DNA of 64,000 nucleotides, from contig JAPKZD010000012.1 of NCBI GenBank assembly GCA_026393975.1, positions 27,007 through 91,006 of the forward strand, given 5' to 3'. Under the pieces are notes generated by a model. It was not told where the DNA came from and did no database searches. It saw only the letters and a program-made list of their open reading frames with translations. The position numbers were made by a program, and so were the translations under genes. Positions 37,370 through 47,739 of this stretch are shown here, piece by piece (the first letter of the stretch is position 1; every line of letters starts with the position of its first letter). Source of the DNA: Candidatus Aminicenantes bacterium (GTDB lineage: Bacteria > Acidobacteriota > Aminicenantia > Aminicenantales > Saccharicenantaceae).

Positions 37370-37822
37370 ATGTTCAAAGAATTCCGCGAATTCGCTTTGC
37401 GCGGCTCGGTCCTGGACATGGCCGTGGGCATCATCATCGGCGCCGCTTTCGGGACCATCGTCACGTCGCTCGTCGCCGACGTCCTCATGCCGCCCATCGG
37501 ACTGCTCCTCGGCAAAGTCGATTTCGCCAACCTCTATGTGCTCCTGACGGCCGGTCAGACGCCGGGCCCCTACGCCTCGCTCGCCGCCGCCCAACAGGCC
37601 GGAGCGGTCACCCTGAACTACGGGGCATTCATCAATAAGATCATCAGCTTCCTCATCATCGCTTTCGCGCTCTTCCTGATGATCCGGAGCATGAACCGGA
37701 TGAAGAGGAAGGCCGAGGCCCCCGTCCCGGCTGCAACGATGAAAGAGTGCCCGTTCTGCGCGACGGCCGTTCCGCTCAAAGCGGTCCGCTGCCCGCATTG
37801 CACGTCGGAACTCGCGAAATAG
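37370..37822 (+). CDS. mscL: Large-conductance mechanosensitive channel with C-terminal zinc ribbon
   Basis: [32 protein letters not shown]; C-terminal CPFC..CPHC. Confidence 0.95.
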   Translation: MFKEFREFALRGSVLDMAVGIIIGAAFGTIVTSLVADVLMPPIGLLLGKVDFANLYVLLTAGQTPGPYASLAAAQQAGAVTLNYGAFINKIISFLIIAFALFLMIRSMNRMKRKAEAPVPAATMKECPFCATAVPLKAVRCPHCTSELAK

Positions 37823-37837
37823 GCGCGTCGCTTCCGG

Positions 37838-38968
37838 CTAAAAGGCTTCCTGAACGGTGACATAGAGGCCGAAGGACGCCTGGCCCCAGGCCATGTCCAG
37901 GCGCAGGTTCGTGCCCTCGCGCTTGTTCAGCATGTAGCGGATGCCAGTACCCACGGAATACTTGATGTTGTTGAGCTTGAAGTCCGCGAACTCGGGAAAG
38001 ACTTCGGCCAGCCCGGCGAACCCGGCGACGCCGATCCTCTGCGTCACCATCACCCGGTATTCGGCCTGGACGGCCAGGATGTCCTTGTCCCGGAAACGCC
38101 CCTTGTAATAGCCGCGCATGAGGGACTCCCCGCCGAGAAAGGCGAGTTTATGGAACGGGACTTCTCCGGCGGTCGACCTGATGTACGCCTGGAGGGCCAG
38201 GACTTGGTCGGGCGCGACGAGGAAATACTTGCGGCAATCGAGTTTGAGGCTGGTGAAGGTGAAGTCGCTCCCGGTCATTGCGCTATAGGTATCGACCGTG
38301 ATCTGAAAAAAGACACCCTTGCGGGGGTAGAGGACGCCGTCGCGGGTGTCCCAGTCCAAACTGACCCCGAAGCCGGAGAGTAGCCCGCCACGGCTTCCCG
38401 TGATGCTTCCCGAACTGAGCATGCCGCCGGGTTCGACCTTCTCCATCGTCGTCTGCTCGAAATCATATTGGACGCCGCCGAAAAAGTGCCCCAGAAATCT
38501 CTTCTTCACGCCTACTTGAACGGTCACGATCCGCGGCGTGTAGGATTCCTCAGCGGTCGGCGGCACGTCGTTGCCGATGCCGAAAAATTTCTGGGGCGTC
38601 CTCTCGTATCGCAGGTTGACGCTCAGGAAGAAGCGGTTGCGTTCGAAATAGATCTCGGGCTTGACCACGACTTGGAACTGCCTGGCCAAGTTGTAGGTGC
38701 CGAAGGCCCAGACGGTGGAGGCGCGGGTCTGCTCTTTGTTGCGTCCCGCGCGGAAATTGAGGATGCCGCCGCCGCCGAAAGCGAGTTTCGTCTCGGGGGA
38801 GTAATAGATGAAGGGGAAGGCGATAAGGTGCGCCTTGAAGGCGTCCTTGGAGTTTTTGGTGTCTTTTTCCGTGCCCCCGGCCTGGACATCCTGGGCGGAC
38901 GCACGACCCGGCGAGAGAACGCAGACGAAGACCAGGGCGAAAAAAAGAAAGTATCGCGTCTTGATCAT
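37838..38968 (-). CDS. Omp85/BamA-TamA family barrel-only outer membrane protein
   Basis: Signal peptide; YYSPET, WDTRD..YPRKG, LGGESLMRGYYKGRFRD, C-terminal QEAF. Confidence 0.85.
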   Translation of the reverse strand: MIKTRYFLFFALVFVCVLSPGRASAQDVQAGGTEKDTKNSKDAFKAHLIAFPFIYYSPETKLAFGGGGILNFRAGRNKEQTRASTVWAFGTYNLARQFQVVVKPEIYFERNRFFLSVNLRYERTPQKFFGIGNDVPPTAEESYTPRIVTVQVGVKKRFLGHFFGGVQYDFEQTTMEKVEPGGMLSSGSITGSRGGLLSGFGVSLDWDTRDGVLYPRKGVFFQITVDTYSAMTGSDFTFTSLKLDCRKYFLVAPDQVLALQAYIRSTAGEVPFHKLAFLGGESLMRGYYKGRFRDKDILAVQAEYRVMVTQRIGVAGFAGLAEVFPEFADFKLNNIKYSVGTGIRYMLNKREGTNLRLDMAWGQASFGLYVTVQEAF

Positions 38969-39030
38969 CTCGAGTCTTTAGTCGTTTGGGGTATGATAAT
39001 GTCCGGGTCGCGAAATGTAAACCCCGGCCC

Positions 39031-39059
39031 TTGACCGGCGCCGGCAACGGGGCTATCCT
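39031..39059 (+). promoter_or_regulatory. Sigma70-type promoter
   Basis: TTGACC-17 bp-TATCCT upstream of a GGAGG RBS and ATG 39079. Confidence 0.6.
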
Positions 39060-39078
39060 CTCCGGCGCGGGAGGACCG

Positions 39079-40212
39079 ATGACGCCGAAAGAGAGAATGG
39101 CCGCGGCCATGTCGAGGTCCGTTCCCGACCGCGTGCCGGTAATGTGTCAGATGAGCATCGGGCACATGCTCTTGCAGACCGGGGCCGAGCCGGCCCGTTT
39201 CTGGCATGCGGCCGACGCCTTCGCCGACGGTCTCGTCAAGATGAGATCACTCTACGGCTTCGACGGGATCCTGGTCAGCCTTCACGGCCATTCCGCCGGC
39301 TGGGAACGACGCGTTGCGGCCGTGGAACAGGGGCCGGGCGGAGAGCGCATCCGCTGGAAAAACGGGGACGCGACGTTCTTCCCGTTCGACGACCTCCCCG
39401 TTGTCCATCCCGCCAGGACGCCCGTCCGTCCGGACTTCGGCCGTTTCGACCCCGAGTCACTGCCACCGGAGATCGCTTACATCCCCGTATCCCAGGGGCT
39501 CAGGTTCGCCCTCGACCCGGAACATCTCTTTGACGTCATATCCATCGTGCGGGAGCTGGCCGGAGGGGAATTCTCCATCCACGGCGAGGTGACTTCGCCT
39601 CTCGATTACTTCCTCGATCTCTTCGGCTTCGAACAGGCCATGATCGGGTTCCTCGAAGATCCCGGCCGGGCCGCCCAGGTTCTTGAGAGATTCACGGCCG
39701 GCGTCGTCGCCGTCGCCGAAGGGCTGGTCGACGAAGAGGTGGATGCCGTCAAGATCTCCTCACCGTTCGCCGGCGCGGGCTTCCTGTCGGCGGCCTTCTA
39801 CAGGACGTTTGTCCTCCCTTACGAAAGCCGGATCGTCCGGGCCATCGAAGCCCGCGGCGCCCGGGCCTACCTCCATACCTGCGGCGATATCCACGACCGG
39901 CTCGAACTCATGGCCGGCTCCGGAGCTTCGGGGATCGAGTGCCTCGACCCGCCTCCGCTCGGCCGCGTAGACCTCGCCGATGCCAAGAAGCGCATCGGGG
40001 GGAAGGTTTTTATCAAAGGAAATATCGACCCCGTCCATGTCCTCTTTTCCGGGTCGACGGAGCTCGTCCGCGCCGACGCCCTCCGCCGTGTTGCGACCGG
40101 GAAACCCGGGGGCGGCTACATCCTGAGCACGGCCTGCTCGATCGCCCCCCGGACACCCCGCGAGAACGTCCTCGTCCTCGCCGAGGCCGCCGAGGCGGGC
40201 GGCAATTATTGA
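39079..40212 (+). CDS. Uroporphyrinogen decarboxylase / methylcobamide methyltransferase (MtaA/CmuA)-family protein
   Basis: MTPKERM..PDRVPV, LHTCG, KGNIDP, GYILSTACSI..TPRENV. Confidence 0.85.
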   Translation: MTPKERMAAAMSRSVPDRVPVMCQMSIGHMLLQTGAEPARFWHAADAFADGLVKMRSLYGFDGILVSLHGHSAGWERRVAAVEQGPGGERIRWKNGDATFFPFDDLPVVHPARTPVRPDFGRFDPESLPPEIAYIPVSQGLRFALDPEHLFDVISIVRELAGGEFSIHGEVTSPLDYFLDLFGFEQAMIGFLEDPGRAAQVLERFTAGVVAVAEGLVDEEVDAVKISSPFAGAGFLSAAFYRTFVLPYESRIVRAIEARGARAYLHTCGDIHDRLELMAGSGASGIECLDPPPLGRVDLADAKKRIGGKVFIKGNIDPVHVLFSGSTELVRADALRRVATGKPGGGYILSTACSIAPRTPRENVLVLAEAAEAGGNY

Positions 40213-40213
40213 G

Positions 40214-40242
40214 TTGAAAGGACGCGGAGCCTGGGCTATAGT
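40214..40242 (+). promoter_or_regulatory. Sigma70-type promoter
   Basis: TTGAAA-17 bp-TATAGT. Confidence 0.6.
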
Positions 40243-40274
40243 ACTCCATTCAACGCCATCCTCAAGGAGACTCC

Positions 40275-41396
40275 ATGAAGAAGATCATCGTATTGGGTTC
40301 AGGAATGGTTGGCCGGGTCATGGCTTCCGACCTCGCTGCGGATTTCGAGGTCACCGCCGTCGACGTCAGCCAGGCCAACCTTGACGGGCTCGGGAAGACC
40401 CCTGTCAAGCGGCTGCGGGCGGACTTGTCGGACGGCGCGGCCGTCCGGGACGTCGTCCGCGAGTGCGATCTCGTCGTCGGGGCCGTGCCCGGATCCATGG
40501 GCTTCGCCACCCTGCGGGAGGTCATCGCCGCCGGGAAGAACATCGTGGACATCTCCTTTTTCCCCGAGGACGCCTTCCTCCTCGACGACGCCGCCCGGAA
40601 GGCCGGGGTGACCGCCGTCGTCGACTGCGGAGTCGCCCCGGGGATGAGCAACATGATCCTCGGCTATCACGCCGCCCGGATGGCGGTCGGACGCTTCGAA
40701 TGCTATGTCGGAGGCCTGCCTTTCCGGCGGGAATTCCCCTTCGAGTACAAGGCGCCTTTTTCGCCGGCCGACGTCATCGAGGAATACACACGGCCGGCTC
40801 GCTACGTCGAGAACGGACATGTCGTCGTCAAGCCCGCCCTCTCGGACGTCGAGCACATGGATTTCCCCGAAATCGGCACGCTCGAAGCGTTCAACTCCGA
40901 CGGACTCCGCTCGCTCCTCGCGACCATGAAGGTCCCGAACATGATCGAGAAAACCCTCCGTTATCCCGGTCACGTCGGGCACATCAGGGCCCTGCGCGAC
41001 AGCGGCTTTTTCGGCCTGGAGGAGGTCGAGGTCCGCGGCCGCAGCGTCCGGCCTCTCGACGTCACCTCGGCCGTCCTCTTCAAGCACTGGCGCCTCCACG
41101 AGGAGGACGACGAGTTCACGATCATGCGGATCATCGTCGAGGGCAAGGAGAACGGTCGTCCGAAGCGGTACACCTACGGCCTTTTCGACCGGCGGGATAG
41201 AACGACCGGATTCTCCTCGATGGCCCGAACGACGGGTTTTCCGGCGACGGCGGTCGTCCGCCTCGTCCTGACCGGCAAATTCGGCCGCAAGGGCGTCTGC
41301 CCGCCCGAATTCGTCGGGAGCGACGAAGCGTCGTTCCGCGCCATCCTGGCCGAGCTCGCCGTCAAGAACGTCGTTTACCATCAGACCGCGGATTAA
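40275..41396 (+). CDS. Saccharopine dehydrogenase family (L-lysine 6-dehydrogenase-like)
   Basis: VLGSGMVG, DCGVAPGMSN, YVGGLP, IEEYTRP, KTLRYPGH, SMARTTG. Confidence 0.88.
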   Translation: MKKIIVLGSGMVGRVMASDLAADFEVTAVDVSQANLDGLGKTPVKRLRADLSDGAAVRDVVRECDLVVGAVPGSMGFATLREVIAAGKNIVDISFFPEDAFLLDDAARKAGVTAVVDCGVAPGMSNMILGYHAARMAVGRFECYVGGLPFRREFPFEYKAPFSPADVIEEYTRPARYVENGHVVVKPALSDVEHMDFPEIGTLEAFNSDGLRSLLATMKVPNMIEKTLRYPGHVGHIRALRDSGFFGLEEVEVRGRSVRPLDVTSAVLFKHWRLHEEDDEFTIMRIIVEGKENGRPKRYTYGLFDRRDRTTGFSSMARTTGFPATAVVRLVLTGKFGRKGVCPPEFVGSDEASFRAILAELAVKNVVYHQTAD

Positions 41397-41408
41397 GGAT
41401 CATATCCC

Positions 41409-44216
41409 ATGAGAAGAGAGTTTTCTCTTGCTAGCTTGGTCGCGGTTCTCATCGTCCTCGGCCCCGTGATCGTTCCGGCCCAGGGCCGAGCCCCGGGCAA
41501 GGCCAAGACGCCGGCCACAGCTCCTCTCAACGCCGCGGAGATCTTGAAAACTCTGGATTATCGCTCTATCGGGCCGACCCAGCAGAGCGGCCGGTTCGTC
41601 GATTTCGCCGTCCCGCTCCAGCGGCCGAACACGTTCTACGCGGCCGCGGCCTCGGGCGGCCTGTGGAAGACGGAGAACAACGGCCAGACGTTCGAACCGC
41701 TTTTCGAGAACGAGAAGGTCTTCTCGATCGGCGACGTCGCCGTTTCCCCGGCCAACCCCGACATCCTCTGGCTGGGCTCGGGCGAGGCCAACAACTCGCG
41801 CTCGACGTACTGGGGGGACGGCGTCTACAAGTCCGCCGACGCCGGTAAGACCTGGCGCAACATGGGTCTAAAGGAATCCCATCATATCGGGCGGGTCGTC
41901 ATCAACCCGGCCAACCCCGACATCGTCTACGTGGCCGCCTTGGGCCCCCTTTACTCGGAAAACGCCGAGCGCGGCGTCTACAAGACGACCGATGGCGGCA
42001 TCATGTGGACCAAAGTCCTTGACATCGTTGCCGATGGACGGACGATCGGAGTCGTCGACTTGGTCATGGACCCGGCCGACCCGGAGACTCTCTATGCCGC
42101 TTCCTATGACCGGCTCCGCAAGCCCTGGACGTTCCAGCTCGGCGGGCCGGGCTCAGGCGTCCACAAGACGACCGACGGCGGCAGGACCTGGACGAAACTC
42201 ACGAACGGCCTGCCCGGCGGCATCCTCGGCCGCATTGGCCTGGCCGTCTACGCCAAGAACCCGAACATCCTCTACGCCATGGTCGAAAACGCCAACAAGC
42301 CGGGCATGTCCCCGGCCGACCGGTGGCAGGAGATCCTCGAGGGCAAGACGAGCCAGGGCATGATCGATGGAGAGATCTACCGCACGGACGACGCCGGTGC
42401 GGCCTGGCGCAAAGTCAGCCCGGACAAGCGGAGCATCGGCGGCGCGCCGGGATACTACTACGGGCAGATCATCATCGACCCCAAAGACGACAACGTCGTT
42501 TACATCCTAAGCGTCGGCGTCCTGGCCAGCCGCGATGGCGGGAAGACGTGGACCTCCCCCTTCCGCTTCGGCGGCGACAATCACGCCTTCTGGATCGATC
42601 CCGAGGACAGCAACCACATGCTCCTCGGCTACGACCATGGCCTGGGCGTGACCTGGGACGGCGGGAAGAACTGGTATCATCCGGACTTCCTGCCCCTGGC
42701 CCAGTTCTACGCCATCGATTTCGACATGTCTTATCCGTATCGGGTCGCGGGCGGCCTCCAGGACAACGGCTCGCTCATGGGGCCGAGCACGAACGTCGGC
42801 GGCGGCGGGGGCTTTTCCGGGGTGGGGCGGGGGACCGGCGGCAGCGTGCCGAGCGGACCGCCCATCCGCCTCGAGGATTGGTTCGGCGTGGGCGGCGGGG
42901 ACGGTATGTACAATGTCTTCGACCGGGCAACCAACCGCTACCTCTACAACGAATCCCAGTTCGGGCCCCTCTCCCGGATCGACCTCTTGACCGGCGAGGC
43001 CAAGAGTATCGCCTACCAGCGCCAGAAGCCCGAGATGCGCTGGAACTGGTGCGCCCCGGTCCACGTCTCCGTCCACAATAGCGACACGGTCTACCACTGC
43101 GGCAACATCGTCGTCATGTCCGTGAACCGCGGCGAGTCCTGGACGGAGATCAGCCCGGACCTGACGACGAACGACCCGGCAAAGCTCACGGTCGAAGGCA
43201 AGGGCGGAGACGGGAATATCCAATATTGCACGATCACGACCTTCGACGAATCGCCCCTCGTCCCCGGGCTTCTCTGGGCCGGCACCGACGACGGGAACGT
43301 CTGGGTCAGCCGGGACAACGGCAAGGCCTGGGTCAAGCTCAACGACAAGATCTTGGGAAACCCCGGCTATTGGGTCAGCCGCGTCGCGGCGTCGAACTCG
43401 GATCCCGGAACGGCCTACGTCAGCTACACGGGTTTCCGGAACGACGACTTCCGCCCGTACGTCTATAAAACGACGGACTACGGCGCCTCTTGGATGTCCC
43501 TGGCCGGCGGGCTGGCCGAAGGGCCGGTCAACGTCATCCGGGAGGACGTCAAGAACCCGAACCTCCTCTTCGCCGGAACGGACTTCGGTGTCTATGTCTC
43601 GATCGACGGCGGCAAGGCGTGGATGAAGATGAAAAACGACTTGCCGACCCAGCCCGTCCAAGACCTCAAGGTCCATCCGCGGGAGGCCGACCTCATCGTC
43701 GCCACGCACGGCCGCGGCGCCTATATCGCCGACATCAAACCCCTTCAGGAGCTCAGCGCCGACATCCTGGCCGAGGACGTCCATCTCTTCGCCATCGAGT
43801 CCAAGGTCCGTTGGGTCGGCTCGGACCGGCGTGAATCTGGCTCCTCGAACTTCGCCGGCGAGAGCGAACCGGCGGGAATGGTCGTTTACTACAGCCTCAA
43901 GGCCAAGCCCAAGGGCGACGTGAAGCTCCAGGTCTACGCCGGCAACATGCTGCTCAACGAGATCAAGAGCACGGCCGACGTCGGGCTGAACAAGGCTTTC
44001 TGGAATATGACCGGCCGGCGCGAACGGACGGCCGAGGAGAAGAAAGCCGCCCAGGAAGGGGCCGGCCGGCGCCGTGAAATGGGCTATGGCGACATGGGCG
44101 GGGACCCGAATTTCGCTTCGTTCCCTGTTCAGCCGGGCGAATATAGGTTCGTCCTTTCGGTCGAGGGCAAGACGATGACCGCGTCCGCATCCGTTCTCAA
44201 GGACCCGCGGTACTAG
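41409..44216 (+). CDS. VPS10/sortilin-like BNR-repeat beta-propeller protein (putative glycosyl hydrolase)
   Basis: RSIGP..SGR, repeated YKTTDGGxTW Asp-boxes, GGLQDNGS, ISPDLT, LIVATHGRG. Confidence 0.85.
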   Translation: MRREFSLASLVAVLIVLGPVIVPAQGRAPGKAKTPATAPLNAAEILKTLDYRSIGPTQQSGRFVDFAVPLQRPNTFYAAAASGGLWKTENNGQTFEPLFENEKVFSIGDVAVSPANPDILWLGSGEANNSRSTYWGDGVYKSADAGKTWRNMGLKESHHIGRVVINPANPDIVYVAALGPLYSENAERGVYKTTDGGIMWTKVLDIVADGRTIGVVDLVMDPADPETLYAASYDRLRKPWTFQLGGPGSGVHKTTDGGRTWTKLTNGLPGGILGRIGLAVYAKNPNILYAMVENANKPGMSPADRWQEILEGKTSQGMIDGEIYRTDDAGAAWRKVSPDKRSIGGAPGYYYGQIIIDPKDDNVVYILSVGVLASRDGGKTWTSPFRFGGDNHAFWIDPEDSNHMLLGYDHGLGVTWDGGKNWYHPDFLPLAQFYAIDFDMSYPYRVAGGLQDNGSLMGPSTNVGGGGGFSGVGRGTGGSVPSGPPIRLEDWFGVGGGDGMYNVFDRATNRYLYNESQFGPLSRIDLLTGEAKSIAYQRQKPEMRWNWCAPVHVSVHNSDTVYHCGNIVVMSVNRGESWTEISPDLTTNDPAKLTVEGKGGDGNIQYCTITTFDESPLVPGLLWAGTDDGNVWVSRDNGKAWVKLNDKILGNPGYWVSRVAASNSDPGTAYVSYTGFRNDDFRPYVYKTTDYGASWMSLAGGLAEGPVNVIREDVKNPNLLFAGTDFGVYVSIDGGKAWMKMKNDLPTQPVQDLKVHPREADLIVATHGRGAYIADIKPLQELSADILAEDVHLFAIESKVRWVGSDRRESGSSNFAGESEPAGMVVYYSLKAKPKGDVKLQVYAGNMLLNEIKSTADVGLNKAFWNMTGRRERTAEEKKAAQEGAGRRREMGYGDMGGDPNFASFPVQPGEYRFVLSVEGKTMTASASVLKDPRY

Positions 44217-44372
44217 GCACGAGACAAGACAAAGCGACTGGGCCGGCGGGATAGAGCCCGATTACGTCGTCCATTCCACCGGGTCCGGCGGGACGCCGGC
44301 CCTCTTCCCCAACCGGGAAAAGATCGTCAGCCTCCTCGCCCGAAAATCCTGAACGCCGGACGTTCCCGGTCC

Positions 44373-45323
44373 CTATCGGCCGGCGCTTTTCAGGTACTTG
44401 AAGAACTCGCTGTCCGTCGATAGGACGAGCCAGGTGTCCTTCTCGAGCGCCGCCCGGTAGGTCTCGAGTGTCTTGAGGAACTGGTAGAATTCGGGGTCAA
44501 GGTTATAGGCCAGAGCGTAGATCTTGGTCGCCTCGGCGTCGGCCTTGCCTTTGATCTCCTGGGCTTTCCGGTAAGCCTCGGAGACGATCCGCTTCAGCTC
44601 CCGCTCTTTCTGGCCGCTGATCTCGGCGCTCTTGCCGTCGCCTTCCGACCTGTACTTGGAGGCGATCCTCTTCCGCTCGGCGATCATCCGGTCGAAGACC
44701 TTGCGCTGGACCTCGTCGACGTAGTTCACGCGCTTGATCTGGACGTCCTTGAGCTCGACGCCGAACGTTTGGGTGATCTTGGCCGCGCTCTCGAGGATGA
44801 TCTTGGCCAGCTTCTCGCGGCCCGTCCCGATCTTGCCGACGACCTCGGAAAAATCGAGCAGGGCGGCGTCCTCGGTCAACTCGAAGTTACGGTTCGAGCT
44901 CCGGACGATCTCGATGAGGTCGAAGTTGGCGATGGCGTTGCGGGTCTCGCCGTCGACGATATCGTCCAGCCGGCTGTGGGCGCCCCGCTCATCCCGGACC
45001 CGCTGGAAGAAAACCAGGGGGTCGCTGATCCTCCAGCGGCAATAGGTGTCGATCCAAATGTACTTCTTGTCCTTGGTCGGGATCTGGTTGGGGTCGCCGT
45101 CCCACTCGAGCCAGCGCTTATCGAAAAAGTGGGTCTTCTGAATGAACGGCGTCTTGAAATGAAGGCCGGCGGTCGTGATCGCCCCGCCCATCGGCTCGCC
45201 GAACTGGGTGATGATGACCTGGTCCATCTCGGAAACGACATAGACGGAGTCCAGGAAAACGAGGAGCCCGAGGAGAAGCGCCCCGATGATGACGACGAGA
45301 AACGTCGTGCTTTTGGTGTTCAC
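44373..45323 (-). CDS. hflC: FtsH modulator HflC
   Basis: ITQFGEP, GLHFKTPF, RMIAERKRIA..RSEG, DPEFYQF..LETY. Confidence 0.93.
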   Translation of the reverse strand: MNTKSTTFLVVIIGALLLGLLVFLDSVYVVSEMDQVIITQFGEPMGGAITTAGLHFKTPFIQKTHFFDKRWLEWDGDPNQIPTKDKKYIWIDTYCRWRISDPLVFFQRVRDERGAHSRLDDIVDGETRNAIANFDLIEIVRSSNRNFELTEDAALLDFSEVVGKIGTGREKLAKIILESAAKITQTFGVELKDVQIKRVNYVDEVQRKVFDRMIAERKRIASKYRSEGDGKSAEISGQKERELKRIVSEAYRKAQEIKGKADAEATKIYALAYNLDPEFYQFLKTLETYRAALEKDTWLVLSTDSEFFKYLKSAGR

Positions 45324-46300
45324 TTCTTCACCTCCTCGCCCAAATTCAGAAGGGGCAAGACATTCCTCTGGTTCTGGTCGACGACGATCTTCCTGGTGAT
45401 CTTGGGCAGGATGTCGTTGAGGGCCTCGAGATAAAGCCGCTTACGGGTGACCGCGGGGGCCTTGGCGTATTCCCTGTAGACCGCGGAGAACCGGTTGGCG
45501 TCGCCCGCGGCGTTGTTGACCCTTTCCGTGGCGTATCCCTCGGCGCCGCGGAGCACCTGCTCGGCCTCGCCCGACGCCCGCGGGATCACCTGGTTGTATT
45601 CGGCCCAGGATTCGTTGATCTTTTTCTCTTTTTCCTGGAGGGCCTCGTTGACGTCGTTGAAAGAGGGTTTGACGCTTTCCGGCGGATTGACGTCCTGGAA
45701 GATGAGCTGGCTGACTTCGATGCCGATCTCATAGGAGTCGCAGAGCTGCTGGAGGAGGGACTTGGATTCATCAGCGATGCGGGTCCTGCCGACGGTAATG
45801 ACCTCGTCGACCGAGCTGTCTCCAACGACGCGCCGGACGACGGCTTCCGTCATGTCGCGGAAGGTCGCCTCGGCCTCCCGCATCTTGAACAGGAAGAGAA
45901 ACGGGTCCCTGATCTTATATTGGACGATCCACTCGGCGTCGACGACGTTGAGGTCGCCGGTGAGCATCAACGATTCACCCTTGGTTTCGGGGGTCGTGGC
46001 GTACTCGGAATTAATCCCGGCGCGCGTGGTCCGGAAGCCGAACTCCTGCTTGAGCTGCCGCTGGACCGGGACACGGGTCAGCCGCTCGATCCCCAGGGGG
46101 AGTTTCATGTGAAGACCCGGCTCGGACGTTCGGACGAACTTGCCGAAACGGAGGATGACGCCCATCTCCTCGGGGGCGACCTGGTAGAAGGACCCCCAAA
46201 GGAGAACGACCGCGGCGAGTCCCAAAAGGACCCCCTTCACGACCTTGGGCGGGATTTTCGGCCATTCGGGCCGCGGGATGGATTGAAAGTCATAAGCCAT
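45320..46300 (-). CDS. hflK: FtsH modulator HflK
   Basis: ILRFGK, MLTGDLN, VNPPESV, IPRASGEA, VTRKRLYLE. Confidence 0.93.
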   Translation of the reverse strand: MAYDFQSIPRPEWPKIPPKVVKGVLLGLAAVVLLWGSFYQVAPEEMGVILRFGKFVRTSEPGLHMKLPLGIERLTRVPVQRQLKQEFGFRTTRAGINSEYATTPETKGESLMLTGDLNVVDAEWIVQYKIRDPFLFLFKMREAEATFRDMTEAVVRRVVGDSSVDEVITVGRTRIADESKSLLQQLCDSYEIGIEVSQLIFQDVNPPESVKPSFNDVNEALQEKEKKINESWAEYNQVIPRASGEAEQVLRGAEGYATERVNNAAGDANRFSAVYREYAKAPAVTRKRLYLEALNDILPKITRKIVVDQNQRNVLPLLNLGEEVKK

Positions 46301-46388
46301 TTCGACCTCGCTTGAAAAAGTACAATTCCCGGTTCGAAGCCGGGGTGGGTGACCCTAATTATAACACATAATCGGCTAACTCAACCCA

Positions 46389-47600
46389 TTAACGTATCAT
46401 GCGCGAGAGGCACGACTCGAGCCCGGACAGGGAAACCTTATGGACCTCCACGGGGACGGATTCGAGGAGATGTGGCGTCTTGAGGCCGCTCCCGGTGAGG
46501 ATGAGCACGGCGTCGTCGTTCGTTTTCGTGGTCCGCCCGGAAGAGGCGAGTTTCTTCAAGGCGGCGAGGGTCGTCGCGGACTCGGGCTGGCAGAAGAGGC
46601 CTTCGGCGGCAGCCAGCTCCCGCTGGGCCTCGAGCATTTCCTCGTCCGTCACGGCGAGAAGAATGCCCTTGTGGGCGCGGATCATGCGAAGAACGGCGTT
46701 CCCGGCCGGAGGGGTGGGGTTGGAGATGGCGTGGGCGATGGTGCGGACTTCGGCCGGTCTTTCATATCGATCGAGCCCCGCGGCGAAGGCAGTGGCGAGA
46801 GGGGCGCAGCCCTGGGCCTGGACTCCGACGAAGGTGGGATAAGTCGTGATCAGCTTTTCCCGCTCAAGGTCTTCGAAGGCCCGCATGAGGCCGAGGAGGT
46901 GGCCGCCCGAGCTCAAGGGCACGAAAAGGAAACGGGGAGAACGCCGCCCCAACTGGAGGTAGATTTCGAACGTGGTGAGCTTGTAGCCTTCCATGCGGTA
47001 CGGGTCGATGGAGTTCATGAACGAAATGCCGAGTCTCTTGCCGATATCGAGACTGGCCCGGAAGAGGCTCCCATAGTCCCCTTCGACGGCGATGAGCCGG
47101 GGACCGTGAATGCCGGCGGCCTTGAGGCTGGTCACAGCGGTTCCTTCTTTGAGGAGGACGAACGTCTCCAGGCCGGCCCGGGCGCCATAGGCGGCCGTCG
47201 AAGCGGCCATGTTTCCCGTCGAAACCGTCCCGATGCGCTTGAAGCCCAGGGAAACGGCTTTTTGGACGGCCATGGCCGTGCCGCGGTCCTTGAAGCTTCC
47301 CGTGGGATTTTGGGCCTCGTTTTTCGCGTAAACGGCCGAAAGACCCATGGCGGCCCCGGTGCGCTCGAGGCGGACAAGCGGCGTCAGGCCTTCGCCCAGG
47401 CTCAGGCCGGGGTCGATGCCGTCGAGCGGCAGGAAATCGGCGAACCGCTCGAGCGCGAGCGGCCGGTCCTCATGGATGACCTTCTTGCCGGAGCGGACGG
47501 CGGGAACGATGAACAGCGGTTCGCCGCAACTGGGGCAGAAAGGGGAGTAGGGGTCGCGCGAGGCGACCGGGCCGCAGACGAGGCATTCGAACCTGTCCAT
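46389..47600 (-). CDS. thrC: Threonine synthase (PLP-dependent)
   Basis: N-terminal CxxC..CxxC; SLGEGLTPL, NPTGSFKDRG, STGNMAAS, LTGSGLK. Confidence 0.88.
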   Translation of the reverse strand: MDRFECLVCGPVASRDPYSPFCPSCGEPLFIVPAVRSGKKVIHEDRPLALERFADFLPLDGIDPGLSLGEGLTPLVRLERTGAAMGLSAVYAKNEAQNPTGSFKDRGTAMAVQKAVSLGFKRIGTVSTGNMAASTAAYGARAGLETFVLLKEGTAVTSLKAAGIHGPRLIAVEGDYGSLFRASLDIGKRLGISFMNSIDPYRMEGYKLTTFEIYLQLGRRSPRFLFVPLSSGGHLLGLMRAFEDLEREKLITTYPTFVGVQAQGCAPLATAFAAGLDRYERPAEVRTIAHAISNPTPPAGNAVLRMIRAHKGILLAVTDEEMLEAQRELAAAEGLFCQPESATTLAALKKLASSGRTTKTNDDAVLILTGSGLKTPHLLESVPVEVHKVSLSGLESCLSRMIR

Positions 47601-47739
47601 ATCTTTTCTCCTGCCGGAAGATCCACCCGATTATAGACCGAAACGGGGAGCCGTGCCTATACGAATCGAGAACCTGCTGCTGCGGGCGAGAGCCCGATGT
47701 TTGCGGGAGAGAGACGTTCCGGAGTAAAATCCTCTGGCC

